Source: Schmidtea polychroa
Lineage: Eukaryota
Reading direction: 5' to 3'
Length of the DNA stretch: 64,000 nt
Assembly (NCBI GenBank): GCA_044892525.1
Contig: CM097885.1
Span: 32,490,001 to 32,554,000 of the forward strand
A model generated the notes under the pieces. That model had not been told where the DNA came from and made no database searches. It saw only the letters and a list, made by a program, of their open reading frames with translations. A program made the position numbers and the translations under genes. Position 1 is the stretch's first letter, and each line of letters begins with the position of its first letter. Below are positions 1-14,556 of this stretch, in pieces.

Positions 1-896
1 AACAACGGCAAGATAATTGAACTTCATGCTTGCTGATTTACAGAAAACTACAGAATAGATATAAATTGATGTGGCCAGAGCCTGTCAGAGCTAATTTGAG
101 GCCCAGATCAAGCAACATACGTAGCCCACTATCTAATGAAAAAAATTTCAAAATTGTTCTGTTTTGCCAAAAATATTTATGAAAGTAAAAAATGTAATTC
201 AAAATATAAAAATACAAAAACGAAATATAGGAAATATTTTAAATGGCGCCTTTCGAGTTTTTAGATTTGCAAACGAACTTTTTAATTCGGAATATTCCAC
301 ATTTTTGCAGTTTCACAATTAATATTTAGAGTTACCAAACAATTGACACGATTCTGGACCATTGCTACGCTAACTGGCAAGATTATAAATATTCTTAGTG
401 CAATAGCAATATTTGGATATATATTTAAAAAACTCATTTCAATCTTTTAAAGGCTTACACGGATTCGTGCAGCCTTTACAATTTTATTTATTCACTTTTA
501 AGAAATTTAAATTCTTCTAACGTATATTACCAAATAGTATCACTACACCTAATAGTATCATTAATACTATATTTAGTGATACTATTTAAATAATATCACC
601 ATATTAAAACATTGTATATGGAGTGTATATGGAGTGGAGTTCTGTAAGGCGTGGATTTCTTCAAACACCGAATCCCGATTAAATAACGAGTCTATACTTG
701 ATGAAAATGATTATTATGAGGACGTTGAGTATTTGGATGATGATGATGAATAAATTTTTGATAATTATCTAAACTTATTTTTTATTAAAATGACCAAAGC
801 ACTGAATAATATCACTATACTAACTCTAATATCTAATATATTTTTTTTTGGTGATATTATTTTTATAGTATCACTGATACTATTCGGTGATATCCG

Positions 897-897
<1 letters not shown>

Positions 898-978
<81 letters not shown>
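898..978. repeat. (TA)n microsatellite
   Basis: About 40 perfect TA units; explains the spurious YIYI ORFs. Confidence 0.98.
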
Positions 979-983
<5 letters not shown>

Positions 984-3344
984 GGCTGAAACGGAGAACT
1001 GACAGTTTGTTTTAATCGATCGAAAATACCTAACACAAAAACCGCAAAGTTGAAAAAATTTATGATCAAGGTTTAATATAAAATAAATAAAATAAATTAC
1101 ATAGAACATTAAGAATCAATAAGTATAATAGAATAAAGAGATAAATAATAAATAAATTTAACAAAAAAAATTGAACACTTAAAAATTTCGATAGAAAAAT
1201 AATAAAATGTAAAATAGAATTATTTAAAAATTATTTAAACGATATAAAAATTAAATCGTTAAAATAATAAAATTAGTCAACATTATGTAAATTGTAAAGT
1301 TTATAGAATTTAATGGTTAGAATTATGTAACTTATTAAATTTAAAGAATAAGTGTTTAAATTAATAAAAATTAAAATAACTAAAATTATTTAAATTATAA
1401 AATTTATAAAATTAAATTATTAAAATTAATAAAAAATTAAATAATTAATTAATTAAATCAATTAAATTTTAAAAAAAATAAATAACTGCACACACTCATG
1501 CATAGACGCAAAATTAATTCAAAATTTCTCGCACTCTAATTGGATAGAGTAGAAGAGGTTGCATGAATGCACATTTAAAATCAGTATAAATACTGATTAC
1601 AAATTCATTTGAAAAAACGAAACTACTACTTTTTTCAACACCACAACTTGATTTTCAGACAGTAAACATATGCTCTCAGTTTTCGATTGAAGACCACAAA
1701 TAATCTAAAAACACCATACATAGTGAATAATGACGTAAGACCTTCTATCGGCCGTCTAGAACCCGAAGAGAAAATACAATGGGGAGTGTACACAAATGGT
1801 TGAAAGTAAAATAGTCATGGAGGTGCTTAGGAAGAGTCGAGTGAATACATATGATTACCCCTAACGTATTTAAAATTTAAAATGACACACCCCTAAGTAC
1901 CCAACAATATATATTCGTGTAAGCCCATCTATTAATGATTCAATGATCTCATTAAAAATCTGGTTTTGAAAATATACTTCTGCAGTTACTTGATCTTTTA
2001 TTCGGCAAACTCAAAGACAGACTATTAAATACTTAATAAGCTTTTATTAATCAAATTTGTATCTTTTTGATATAAAAGTTCGGAGATTTTTTTATTGGCT
2101 TGCGTAAAAATGTGATGTAAACTTTCTAATTGTTTTGTGTAGTTTTAAAATGTGTTGTTTAGAGGCCCATGTCAAAAGATTTCGTGACTCTCCTCTTCGG
2201 GTGCTTGAATATGACGATGACATATAAAGCATATAAATAGTTGACAAATAAGTTTAACAATAAAGTACGTCACTCTATTTTTTTGCCATTTTGAATCTCT
2301 CCCTCCCATGTCACAAACTGTCACAAATTTCGAACACCTTCCCCTAAAGTACGTCACATTTTCGAAGAAAACATTTTTAATTAACACTTAATTAAAATTT
2401 ATTTTTAATATAATATAATATTTCATAAATTTCACTAACCACCTGGAGGACTTAAACGGGTAATTGGTTAAGAAATAGTTTTTTTATTTATTCATAAACA
2501 TCCTGCCCGTCTGAAATAAACATAACCATTTACCTAACCCTCTAAACCCTAGGATACTATCCTAAATCCTTCGGATAGTGACGTGTGTCCCTATTATATG
2601 TAAAAATATAATTTCGAATTTTTCCTTCAGTGACATAGTAATAGAAACAATATAGAAATAATAATAATTCCGGTATGATGAAAGTAAAGCTATACATAAA
2701 ACAAGGCTTCGAAACAGCGTAATAGTGCTCCTTGCAAGAGAAATCGTGAACAACACATTCATTAGATACGCATTTCATGCTATTTTGAAATAAAAATAAT
2801 TCAAGTGTTTCACAAAATATTTGCAAATTGTTTTTAAAGCTATTAAATTCTACTAAAAAATTAAAAAAAATTAGAAATAAAATTTACAAAATAAATTTAG
2901 CCAGTTACATTCATCATTGCGCAAGTATCAAGTTTTGAAATGTAAAGATGATCGAATTCCATCCGTTCAATTTCAGACGCTCAATTGTCTTCAATTTAAC
3001 CGTTGTGTCGAATCTGACACTTCCGTACTTATAGGTAGAATTATTATATTGCTTATATCAATAAGAATAAATAAACTATTTCATATTCATCTGAATGAGA
3101 GCATGAAATAAATAATTGTCATACAAATTCATTGTGAAATGATTTATACTTATCAAGAAAATTAGATATTAAGTTTGCCATGTGTCAATTTTGACAGATC
3201 CGTGCTTCTAGTGTTAAAGAAAGGTTTAACATTAGAAAACTTTATTGTTTAATATTGTTTAATATCGAGATTACTTGTGAAATTTTCAGTGAGGTGAATT
3301 CCTGACGAAATAAATAAAGTTAAATAAATAAAAATATTAAATAT

Positions 3345-3660
3345 AATTAAATATTAAAAATTAATATATGGACTATTTCTGACATAATATATTTTACATA
3401 ATTTAGTAATTTTTTATTTATTTTTAAATTTAAATAAATAACCAAAATCATTTAAATGTCAATATTAATACATTTCGACCTTCCATTGAAATATTCAAAG
3501 CCATCTAAAAAAGCCATCCAAAACGGAAGTTATTAACTAATTAACTTTCAATTTTACTAATCAAATAAACGAAGGTTTTCCATTAAAAATTGTGGAAATT
3601 CATCATTCGTTGAAAGTTTATTAAATTTTGTTATAATAATAAATAATAATTTATTTTGTC
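3345..3660 (+). repeat. Interspersed repeat, copy 1 (direct copy at ~7375-7680)
   Basis: The ~310-bp block 'taattaaatattaaaaattaatat..gactatttctgacataatat...ataataatttatttt' recurs with scattered substitutions at 7375-7680. Confidence 0.85.
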
Positions 3661-3779
3661 TAATAAATTAGACTAAAAACTTTGTGAAAAGGAGAAATAA
3701 ATATCGGATGTTAGAAAATGTGAATTTATTTTTTGCAATAACAAATTAATAATTTTTTCATTCACAATTTTGTTTTTAA

Positions 3780-4900
3780 TGAGATTTTTCAACTCATTTC
3801 AATATTATAAATTTATTGTTGCTTTTTAGGAGTCTTGTATTTTTTGGAACTTTTAATTTCTCTGTAGCAAATTGTATTTTTTCACTGTATTTTAAATTTT
3901 TTCTGAAATCTGGTTCGATTTTTCAAACATATTCCCTCTTTCCTTTATATTTTACATCGCTTTATGCCAATTATATCCCAAACTTCTTTTTTTGTATTCC
4001 TACCTATTCTTCTTTTTTTATAACCAATTTTAATATCAATATATATTTATATATATATTTTTTCTTGATTAAATAATTTGTTATTATTTTGATAACTCCT
4101 CGGTTTTCATTAATTTCATCTTGTCTAATAGCCTTTCCACTGTGTCTTTTCATGTATCTGTATTTCTTGCATACTTTATATCTTTTGGAACCTGTATACG
4201 TCCGCTTTCCTGGCCTCTTATCTGTTTTTGTAATTTTCTTATCGTTCTTTTTCTTGTTTAAAAGTTTATTTATTTCATTAATTAATACTGAATTCTTTTA
4301 TAATACAAATCACATTTTTGTTTTATTATCACTTTGACTCGTACTATTCATACAATTTTAGCTCATACTCATACCCCTAGCTCCTATCAATATCTCCTTT
4401 GATAAATCATATATTTCATCTCGTTTCTCTAAATCATCTGAATAATTCGACAGTGGAATTTATCTTTCTTTATGATTGCTGCTTTCTTATATATTTTTTA
4501 TTTCTAGTTTTACTGTTTGCTTTATACATGTTTTGTTCCATTTTTGATTTTTATCTGTTGAAAGTTATTATGTGTCTGTTATATTTCTGTGTTTGTATTT
4601 ATATTCTAATTCATCGTTTTGTTAGTGTACCATTCTTTTTCTTTATATCCCCACAAGCTATCCTTCTCAATATTTTTTCGTTACTAATTGAGATCTGGGT
4701 TCTTCTAGAAACAAGCGTCTTTTTCCAACCATGCTACAAATGCGTGTACAAAAATAAATACAAAAATATATTTAGAAATAAATCATTAATTCTGCTTTTT
4801 AAAAGTTATTTAAAAGTTATTATTTTTATTGTACTTTTATTGAGAAAAAAACTAACCGTAAAAACATAGTTTTTAAAACTCTCTATATCTCACTCTTATA
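3780..4900 (-). mobile_element. Degenerate non-LTR retrotransposon (APE endonuclease region) remnant
   Basis: The minus strand encodes IACGD (cf. I-x-x-GDFN, ~4645-4660) and IGARG-x-S (~4365-4387) in a purine-rich stretch broken by stops. Boundaries are approximate. Confidence 0.4.
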
Positions 4901-5925
4901 TTTTCTGAAAATTAAAATTTCAATATGCGTGCTTAATGCTATGAAATATTTAATATTACGTAAAATCGCCTAGTCAAGAAACTACTTTGAAATGAACATT
5001 TTATTAATATTCTTTCAAAATATTAATAAAATTGAAAATTTTCAAAAAAGTTAATTATAGTATTTTCGATCGATCTGAACTTTTGAATGAATGTATTGTT
5101 CTCAACGATGAATCTATCTGCCAAATTTCAGATCAATCCGATAATCGGAAGTGGGTTAATTTGCCGTCGCAAGATTTGCGTATCTCATACAAATATTTAA
5201 ACATTCAAACATACAAAGTGAAGTTAATAAAGTGAGTTTAAAAATTACAAAAAAATAAAATCTTTATCTATTTGTAAGTAAATATTATCTTTTCATCTAT
5301 TTTCATCAAACAATAAATTTAATAAGGACAAAAAAATTAATTATAGACAATAAATTATGGAAATCTTTTTATCAAATGAAATTTATACGCTGGTAAAAAT
5401 TTAACAAATTTAGCTTAATTTTGACAGTGTTCATAGAAAGATCGCATGATAATTATACAATTATTTGACCATATTTTCAGTATTCGTGTACTTAATATTA
5501 AAAATTCAACATGTTATTTTGACCAAAATTCAACAGTTCTGATGAGTTCAGAAGTTCTTATGTACTGAAAATTTGTCAGAATTTTTTTTTATTTGTTCTT
5601 TATTTATTTATAATTTTCTATTAAATAACTTCAATAATTTTTTTATTAAAAATTAAATTATTTACCTCACTAATAATTATAATAGAATCGTAAATTTAAT
5701 TGAAAAATAGCTTAAGAAACTCTATTGTGAAACGTTAAGATGTGAAGAATCAGGCTCTGGACCAGATAGAGGAAACCGTTTGAAAATAAAATCATGGTCT
5801 GAGATTCAGAAAATATTGACAATGAAATTTAAGTCGAAAAAAGTAGGAGCAAGAAAATATTCGTTCAAAAAGTAATGCTTCCCCAATTTGGAATTATCTT
5901 TTAATTAGAAGATTATATTGTAAGA

Positions 5926-6160
5926 CAGAGATGGCGAACCTTTTACTGATTGTGTGCCAATTAAAATCATTTTTATAAAATAAACATATGAGCGTGTCGG
6001 GTTGTGCCTTATCTAAAAATCTAAATATTTATTTCAATATTTAGCAAACATAATTTTAATGAGATTTTTGTTGTTGATAAGATTTTGATAATAAGTCAAT
6101 ATCCGGATTATTTTATGTGCCAATGAAATTTGTCCGCATGCCATAGGTTCGTCATACCTG
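5926..6160. mobile_element. hAT-family MITE (235 bp)
   Basis: Termini CAGAGATGGCGAACC / GGTTCGTCATACCTG form an imperfect TIR, flanked by a perfect 8-bp TSD TTGTAAGA (5918-5925 and 6161-6168). Confidence 0.88.
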
Positions 6161-7374
6161 TTGTAAGACATTTCTACTCTGACGAACTTGTAAAGATTTT
6201 ATAAAGATGAAAACTAGGAAATTAACTATAAAATGGCTAATGGAAAAATTGTTCAATATGTGACTTTCTTCCTTATATTAATAGATTTTCATTTTTTATG
6301 TCGTCTGAAAGATGGGAAGGAGATTATCACGCTCAAAGTTGATTAAATATTAACTTGTTTCTAATGTAATATTCGAATTCGTGAATAAAAAATTTAGTTG
6401 AGAAGCGAGGCGGTCAAAAAGGATATCATGCATATATGCATCTGGGACTGGTTATTAAGATGATTACATAACCAAAGAAAGTATCCATGGCAAACAATAA
6501 CATTTCATTATTGTATTAATCATTTTACATGTCGACTGCTACCCATGCTTCACATGTTTTGATTTGATGGCCAAATATATTTTTAAAATTATTAAGAAAT
6601 TTTAGTAAATGATATTTCCTGTGTTTTAGTCATTATAAAAAATTATAATATATAGTTATGATTACCACATCTACACTGGGAAAATAAACGCTAATCACCT
6701 TATCCCTTTAAGATTATCTAACGTCTATGTTGTAAAGCAAATAACAACCTATAAAAGAGAGAGGAACAAATGGAGAGATCAAAAGAGAACAGAAAAGAGA
6801 GACAGAAAAAAATGGATTAAATATTTTGAAACAACTATACAAGTGGAGAAACAGTATCACGTGGATTAATGAAGGCAAACAGAAATTATCCAGCCGATTT
6901 CTAAAAAGCATATTTGAGGAAGTTTAATTGTAGAAACAGTTTAGTGATTATTAATTTGGACTATTACTCACTGTGTGTCACAATTAGCCCTGAGTTTTGA
7001 ATTTTGAGATGTGAATCTTTTGTGTCATTGCCAATAGACAATAAATATTAGTAATATCAAAAATTTGTCATTGTTGTTAATATTTCAAGACACGCTTGGA
7101 GTAAGATCAATAATTGATGATATCTTATTTCGCCGACAATTCCAACAAAAGAAAACAATAACAGATCAAAAAATAAAGGATTATACTTGGTGACAAAATT
7201 TGGTATTGTGTTTGCAAAAATATTGAATTAAATGAATACTCAACACATGAAATGAACCTCATTTCATTTATTTTCACTGAATAGAAATAGGAATTAATTT
7301 TATTCATCAGAAATTTTCGAGTTTGCCTTTATCAAGTGACATTTATTAAGTTTCCTTCGTTGAGTTGGTTTATA

Positions 7375-7680
7375 ATTAAATATTAAAAATTAATATTTTG
7401 ACTATTTCTGACATAATATATTTTGCATAATTTAGCAATTTTTTATTTGTTTTCAAATTTAAATAAATAACCAAAAACATTTAAATTCCAATATTAATAC
7501 ATTTCGTCCTTCCATTGAAATGTTCAAAGCCATCCAAGGAAACCGGATGTTGTTAACTAATCAACTTTTAATTTTACTACACAAGTAAACGAAGTTTTCC
7601 CATTAAAAAATTACGGAAATTCATCATTAGTTGAAAATTTATTAAATTTTTTTTATAATATTAAATAATAATTTATTTTA
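7375..7680 (+). repeat. Interspersed repeat, copy 2 (of 3345-3660)
   Basis: Direct similarity to 3345-3660. Confidence 0.85.
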
Positions 7681-8479
7681 GTGACAAGTAATGACAAATG
7701 AGGAGTATAAACAAAGCTAAATATCCGATGAATTACGTTATTACATTATTACGTATTATTATTAAGGGGTTTCATAGGTAGGTCATTATATAACTTTTCT
7801 AAGTTATATAATTCATGTATGTATGATATAATAATTGATCTTTGATCTCTTATATAATATTTGACCCATTTCGCAATAGTTTCCAATTGACCTCTGATAT
7901 AATGTTTGATTTTTGACGTCATAATTGACCTTTGACCTCTGATTTCATGATTGACCTTTGTCTCTTTACTAGTCTCACTATTTATTTGACAACACGGTTT
8001 CAGATTGTTAAGATTTTCAAGACCCTTTTAACGAACATTCTTTTTTAACAATATTTGGTTAGCCAATAATTATTTATATACATGTCCGACGTTTAGTTAA
8101 ATAAACATGGTGTGAAAATATTCGATTTTAAGAAATAATAGATTATTAATCTTAAGTTATTCATATAGTTATACTAAACTTCTTATACTTTCGGCTATTT
8201 TTCTGCCTTAGTGCCTGAGTGACGATTATGCTTTGTACCCGCTTTCTATTCGGCCTTGTACGTGAAAATAGAAATAAATGTGTAGTGTTGGCAATATATT
8301 GAATCCTAATAATTCATTTGTTGGTTTGGACTGTCATTTACAAAACGAATTTCAATTAAAATATGAAAATAATAGCAAAACAAAAAGTAATATTTACAAC
8401 ATATTTGTATAATGTCAATTTAAGAACTGTTTAAAAAATATTTTTTATTGAATTAATACATATAATTTCACAAACACTG

Positions 8480-10090
8480 ATGTTTTCAGTGCCTAAAATC
8501 ACTGCCTGTTCCAACATTTTCTGACAAAATTTCTTGTCACAGAGAAAACTGGTTTTTTGAGAGTAAATATAGACATAACTGCAAACAGTCCCTTAAAAGG
8601 TTTTTCTGAATACGCTTTCCCTTTGTCAAAGACTTTAAAATTCATTTTTAGGTTTTTTGCTATAACCCATAAATGACCATCAACTAAAACTGATTTCATT
8701 AGTTTTATGAGTTTTATCTGTTTGTTGGACTATTAATAAGTTGTCGGTAGGTAATACTACTTCACATGCTCTTCATAACAAATAAAAAATCCAGTACAAT
8801 AAAATATATTTTCCAAATATATATTCACCAATCTTTGTAACTGTGTAGAATCTGTACTTTGCTCTTTTATTCAGTAATGACAGGTGGCATAGTGGGCAAC
8901 TACTTATTTGCTAAATTGATTCGGCTTCACCACAATTATTGGCTTTATTCTCTTTTAATAACTCCAGTTTATTACGCTTGTCATTTATTATTGACTTTTG
9001 TTATAAAATTCATTATCTACCATGCTGACAGTTTGTTTAAACTTTTTCACTTGTTTTATGACACTCCTACATCACTTATTCTCTCAAATTAAATAAGAAG
9101 GTATCAGAAAGGCGTCAGATCTGAACGAAACTTCCCTGTCAAGCTCAGGAATTTTGTTTCCTAATTAAATTGACTAATTTATATCAATTAATTAATTAAT
9201 TAATTAATTTGTGTTTCTTAAATAACAAAGTCTATGGGTTCTCTTTCTTTTTGAAATTATTATATTCGTACTCATCTTTTTAGTTACCACCATTTCATAT
9301 TTGTTTTCCCCGAAAATCATTTATTTTTTAATTAATTTTTAAACTTTCTAAAATAACTTTGTCGGGTTTTTCCCCAAAAATTAATTCAAAAATAATTTCT
9401 TTTTTTCTTTTATTTAATTTATAGAAAATAAGGCTTACATGTATTTTTAAAAATTAACTTTTGTATGGTAAAAAACAGGGGCATCATAAAGTCATACGTG
9501 AAATTCTCAACAAAAATATTTTTTTCCTGTTGAATCTTTTTATTGTTTTTATCTTTATGAGAGCAACATAAGAAACGTTGTTTTGTTGGATTTTTCTTTT
9601 TCTTGGTTTTTGCAATTATTTATAGTAATTCTTTCTCGATTAACCGCAAAGGATGTGGTTGATTACTTGGACAACCTTGTTGAGAAAAAAATTCTGGCAA
9701 ATGTTACTTAGGAAGGCTAGATTAGACTCATTACCACTTGTAATGAAACACGCAAGTAGACATACTTCTTATTGACTGTAACTATTCCGAAAGAATTCCG
9801 AATTTTGACTCACACAGCATTAAACTCTCACCTACGCAAATATCTATCTCTAATATTTAAATAATTTTGAATTTTTCATTCGAATGTAGTTTTCTATGTA
9901 GTTTTTGCATAAGATGTGCTCGTGGATCCTATTTTTCATTTTAATTTTCCACAAAATAAATCTGCGATAAAACTTTCATTAGTTTATTTTCTACTCCAAA
10001 GACTCAATTCTGGTTTTCTTAAAAGCTTTGAGAGATAAACATATCCAAAAATATCTTTAGTTATATTATTGGCTGTTGGTTTCTATTCAG
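8480..10090 (-). mobile_element. Highly degenerate LTR retrotransposon (Gypsy-like pol) remnant
   Basis: Fragmentary minus-strand peptides (PFKGLFAV resembling the integrase C-terminal GP(Y/F) region; RNase H-like 'YLSKAF') with many stops. Weak. Confidence 0.3.
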
Positions 10091-10839
10091 GGCTGCGAAA
10101 ACTAGTTGAAAAGGTAGAACTAAAATTTTAGGAGGCATACAGATTCAATTTTATCGTTTAAAATATTTCCCGAAAATGAAACCTTGTAGGTTCACAAATA
10201 TGTACAATCTGAATCCTTTATAAATAATAAAAACAAAGTTAAAAAATATACTCAAAAAAATACAATAACGTTATATTTATGTTACATTTCAAACAAAATT
10301 CTAAATTTAGTATGTTGGCAAGATTTGCATACAAAGAAAAATGATTGAAAATTTATTGAACAATTATTGTCAAGAATTTAAAAGAAATAATGGAAATTTC
10401 ACATTTTAAATTATTTGTGTGGATTTTAATGGCAGGTATTTCAAAAAAATGTAAATTATTTTTAATTTTTTAATTTATTAAAAAATTAAATTAATATCAA
10501 AATTTATAAATTTAAAAAACCCAATTGTCCAAAATTTGCTATTTTATCAAAGATTTTAGAAAATATCTTTAATATAGTGTATATGATTTTTTTTAACAAA
10601 TATTTTCTTAAAAATCTGTGTATTCTTTTTAGTCGGTGTATTTTATCGCTTGTTTCTATCTTTGATTTATTATAGAAATCGCACTCACCACGTTGTATGG
10701 CTTATTAATTTTTCTATCCTTTTTGGAATCTTTAAATAAATTGGCAGGTTTAACTGCTAATGAATTTTAAGCACACTGGTAAGTTTGTATGTATCTTATA
10801 ATGTTATTTATTTATTTTTCAATATTATATACTATTTTA

Positions 10840-11400
10840 TCAAATGGAACGCGGTGTATAAGACATCAGTAGGTCATAACATGTCGACAGAAATCCATTT
10901 GTTCGCAAATTAGTTCTGGCAAATGAGGTTACATATGCGAAAAAAAATAGGTGCCCAAGTATATTCGGTATAAGTATATCAGAGAAACGTTGGAAAGTCA
11001 CTCAGAGTTTTTCTTGAAATATTTTCTTGGATGTTTCAGAATTTGACTGGGTCGCCAATCCATTCATTATATATGAATATTACAATCCTGATACTGAGAA
11101 AGAAGAAAACCTTGGCGATTTGAGAAACGACCTGATTTCCAAAACACTTCTTGCTAAAATATAACTTTCAGAATTCTGGATATGTTTAAAAGCTTATTAT
11201 CCACAATTAGGTAACGGAATCGTTTTTACCTTTCCGAAGCTCATATCTTTGCGAGCATGGATATTTAGTGCTGACAGAAATTAAATCGAAGAAAATTGAA
11301 AGACTGCAAATAGTTGATGATGGAATGCAAGTTTGTTTGTCTGATTTTGAGCCTGGCATAAATGTGGGAGGCAACAAGAAACAATCTCAGGTTTTGTATG
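10840..11400 (+). pseudogene. hAT (Buster/Charlie-type) transposase C-terminal dimerisation domain remnant
   Basis: Frameshifted peptide FPSSYLCEHG..SVLTEIKSKK.ERL....MQVCLS..EP....KQSQ matches the hAT C-terminal consensus (F-x-STYLCE-x-GFS...K...R..L). Confidence 0.7.
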
Positions 11401-13066
11401 TTCTTTACATACCTTATCTTTTGTCATTATATTTGCAATACATAAATAATAAATCCTTACAGAATTATAATAAATTTATTGTTTTTCGTTGTCTTTAAAG
11501 ATGTTGTGTTTTATGATACCAAAAATCAACCGTTGGTTACTCTGACTTCATGTGTTCCAAAAATTAATAAACACAACTCACAACGTATATTTGTTTTATA
11601 GAAAATTTACAATTCTCAATAGATAACTATGCTTTTAGTTACCCACAATTTTCTCGCAATTTCCAATGGAACTCCGGTCTGGAAGGTCTCGACCTTGTAC
11701 GATTTAAAAATAAGTTTCACCTTTTTATTTGATTCCACTCTCTGATTCAAACTTGTTTAGTACTCCTTTTCTCACTCTTCAATTCCTCTTATAATTCTTT
11801 TTCTTCTTTTATTTTATTCCTCGAACTCCTATTGTCCGTTTCTTCTTCACTACCTAAAGCTACCGCCGATTTTGTGAATTTGGAGTTTCCTTATTTCCCA
11901 TAATCGTTGTAATTGTCCTATTTTCGACTAAATTGGTTTTGACTTCTTCAGTTATCATTCCCTAATTAGCTATTTTTGTTGACCCTCTTCGTAATTCCCC
12001 TTCTTTTGTTTACCCTCGTTTATCCGGCTGTTTGGATAATTGCCCTGTGAATTCCTCGTTTTTTTATCCTTCCAAATTTCCGTACTCGAGTTCTCCATTG
12101 GCTCTGGTTTCCCATTAGCCAATTAATTAATTAATTAATTGATATTTTGCGCTTTTCATATTTGCATGTTTTACGACCCTTTCTAAACATTTTCTAACAA
12201 TTTCTTGCTCACTGTCTTCTTCATCATCCCCTAATCTACCCCTCTCCTGTTTCCCACTTTCAATTTCGATAACTTTTCACTTTATTCCACTTCCTCAGGT
12301 TTGCGCATTTTCCCATTTCGTGTTTAATTGTACCTTTTTATAGTTCTGTTTTTATCATATCTTTTTGAGCCATTGCTTCTCTGCTTGACCGCCATTCAAT
12401 TTCGGTTTTCCTTTCAATTTGAACTATATAATTTAATAATTTACTTTTAAAACCTCAACAAAGAGATGTATCCAAGAGAATAAAATTAATTTAATGTGCC
12501 CGACACTTGCTTATCTCATAAAGATAATATATTGCTGTTTTAATTAGGAATGTTTCTACAAGTTCAGTGCCTTTGGTAATAGCGGCATTCCCAACAGATT
12601 TCCAGACAGCACAGTGAAGGTTTTCAGAACTCAGGTCAAAGTTGGACCATTTTTATGAAAATTAAATCACAATTCTTTTGATGGCAAAAGAACTGCGGAA
12701 AACAAGTGAATATGCTAATTATTTCACATGCTAAATCTGAATGTCAAATTAGAGCTCCTTCTCGTATTTCTTTAGAACTTTCTAATAGAGTCGGCATAAA
12801 ATCTATTTTAGTTTCAGAATTTTTATTATATTTTATTATTGTCAATAAAGGAAAAATATATTTATTAAAAATAAATAATAAACCAAATTTCAAAACTATG
12901 AAAATGTGAAAAGTGAAAAATTATAATATTATTTATATTTTGTTTTAATTGTCATATATCAGTTGCACTTGGGTTCATGAGAACTCAAATTGAATGATAT
13001 TCAAGAACTGGAGTACTTCATTTACCGAGTATTTAAGTTATCAAATTTTATTTTATTTCATTAATA

Positions 13067-14053
13067 ATGAATTTTTTTAGTCAGAATTCGATCATTTTGA
13101 ATAGATCTACTATTGAAAAGACATTTGATTCTTTTAATCCTCTTCAATGGATTTGGGATTTAAGAATCGGGAGAGAAAAATACATATCCCATCCGGCTTT
13201 TCCCGTTGTGATTACAGTTTCGACATATTTCATTCTCTGCATTCTATTTATGGTGATGGACTTTTGGGGCGAAAAAACGAAGATTTTCCGTCAATATAAA
13301 ATTCAAAACGATGTCGAAGTGACATGGCCAATGGTGATGAGAGCTATTAGGCATACTTTAATGAATAACTTTTTACTGATTTTACCAGCTACAATCGCTC
13401 AGTGTATTTGGGTCCCAGTGACCCCCATGCCAGTCAAAGCGCCGAGTTTATATGAGTTCTTTACACAAATGTTTATCATTTTAATGTTGTTTGATTTTCA
13501 ATATTGGATTTGGCATACTGTACATCATAAAATTAGATGGCTTTATAGGAATTTTCATGCTATACATCACCAATATCACAGTACATTTAGTTGGACGACT
13601 CAATATCTTCACCCATGGGAACTATTTACTGTGGGATTTTTTACCACAGTTGATGGATGGTTTTTCGAATGTCATCCAATGACTTACTGGGGTTTTATGT
13701 TGTTAAATGTATATGCTAGCGTTGAATCGCACAGTGGTTACGATTTACCAGTGGCATTGTCAAAATTTATCCCGTTTGGAATTTATGGAGGTAGCGGAAA
13801 ACACGACATGCATCATATGAGACCCTTAACAAATTTCCAACCCTATTTCAGTACTTGGGATCGGTTAATGGGTTGGGAATGCCCCGGATTGAAAGCTGGC
13901 AAAGAGAAAAGCAAGCAATTGATTGATTGGGAAAACAAAAACAAAAGCAAAATACTGAATAAACACGCATTGCAATTATTGAAAGGCACTGAAAATGGTC
14001 TTTTGTTTCCTGAAGAAGTTGTTGATTCGGTGACTCGTTTGAAATATGAATAA
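13067..14053 (+). CDS. CH25H: Cholesterol 25-hydroxylase-like protein (fatty acid hydroxylase/sterol desaturase superfamily), intronless host gene
   Basis: 328-aa ORF with hydrophobic TM segments and the three di-iron His boxes (WHTVHH, FHAIHH, HDMHH), plus HPWE, ESHSGYD and QPYFSTWDRLMG motifs typical of the CH25H/SC4MOL family. Confidence 0.85.
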   Translation: MNFFSQNSIILNRSTIEKTFDSFNPLQWIWDLRIGREKYISHPAFPVVITVSTYFILCILFMVMDFWGEKTKIFRQYKIQNDVEVTWPMVMRAIRHTLMNNFLLILPATIAQCIWVPVTPMPVKAPSLYEFFTQMFIILMLFDFQYWIWHTVHHKIRWLYRNFHAIHHQYHSTFSWTTQYLHPWELFTVGFFTTVDGWFFECHPMTYWGFMLLNVYASVESHSGYDLPVALSKFIPFGIYGGSGKHDMHHMRPLTNFQPYFSTWDRLMGWECPGLKAGKEKSKQLIDWENKNKSKILNKHALQLLKGTENGLLFPEEVVDSVTRLKYE

Positions 14054-14202
14054 TGAAAACAATTTGTATATTTAATATGTTATATATTTTTAAAATTATA
14101 TTTTTTTATTTTTATTTTTTATTTTGCCTTATTACAAAAGATCAATTAATTAATATTTATTAATAATTAGTTAATAATAATTAATACTCCCTCTGTCTAA
14201 TT

Positions 14203-14556
14203 ATTTTTAATTTTTCCATAAACGATTTGATATTTGTGATGAATTTGAAAAAAACAAGTTAGTTTATCTTTATATAAAATAAAGAATTAATTTTTGGTCC
14301 AACTTTCATTGAACATTCAATGTTCTTCTTCAATTTTTCGTTTTCCTTTCAACATAGCCATTTTATAATATTTAAATTCATTTTTTTTATTTATAATATC
14401 TGAAGCGTATGATTTTTTATAATTAATTTCCTAGCTTTCATCACTCAGTTTAAACAAATTTATAATATGTACATTTATAAGCAAATCAGACATTTATTGT
14501 AAAACCCTCACGGGCCACAAAAAATCTGTTGGTGGGCTGCAGGTTAAACAGGGCTG
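14203..14556. mobile_element. Truncated hAT (Charlie-like) element inside the mariner TIR
   Basis: Ends in GGGCTGCAGGTTAAACAGGGCTG (hAT-like terminus) and is bracketed by a 7/8 direct repeat, GTCTAATT (14195) / GTCTAATG (14557). Confidence 0.55.

Noticed and set aside
790..1109. ORFs with YIYIYI runs, and the poly-I/N/L ORFs at 40282, 45755, 53213 and 58685
   Set aside because: They are translations of TA and AAT microsatellites.
11640..12420. Possible gag/ORF1 remnant on the minus strand
   Set aside because: It looks coding and purine-rich, but I found no motif I could assign with confidence.
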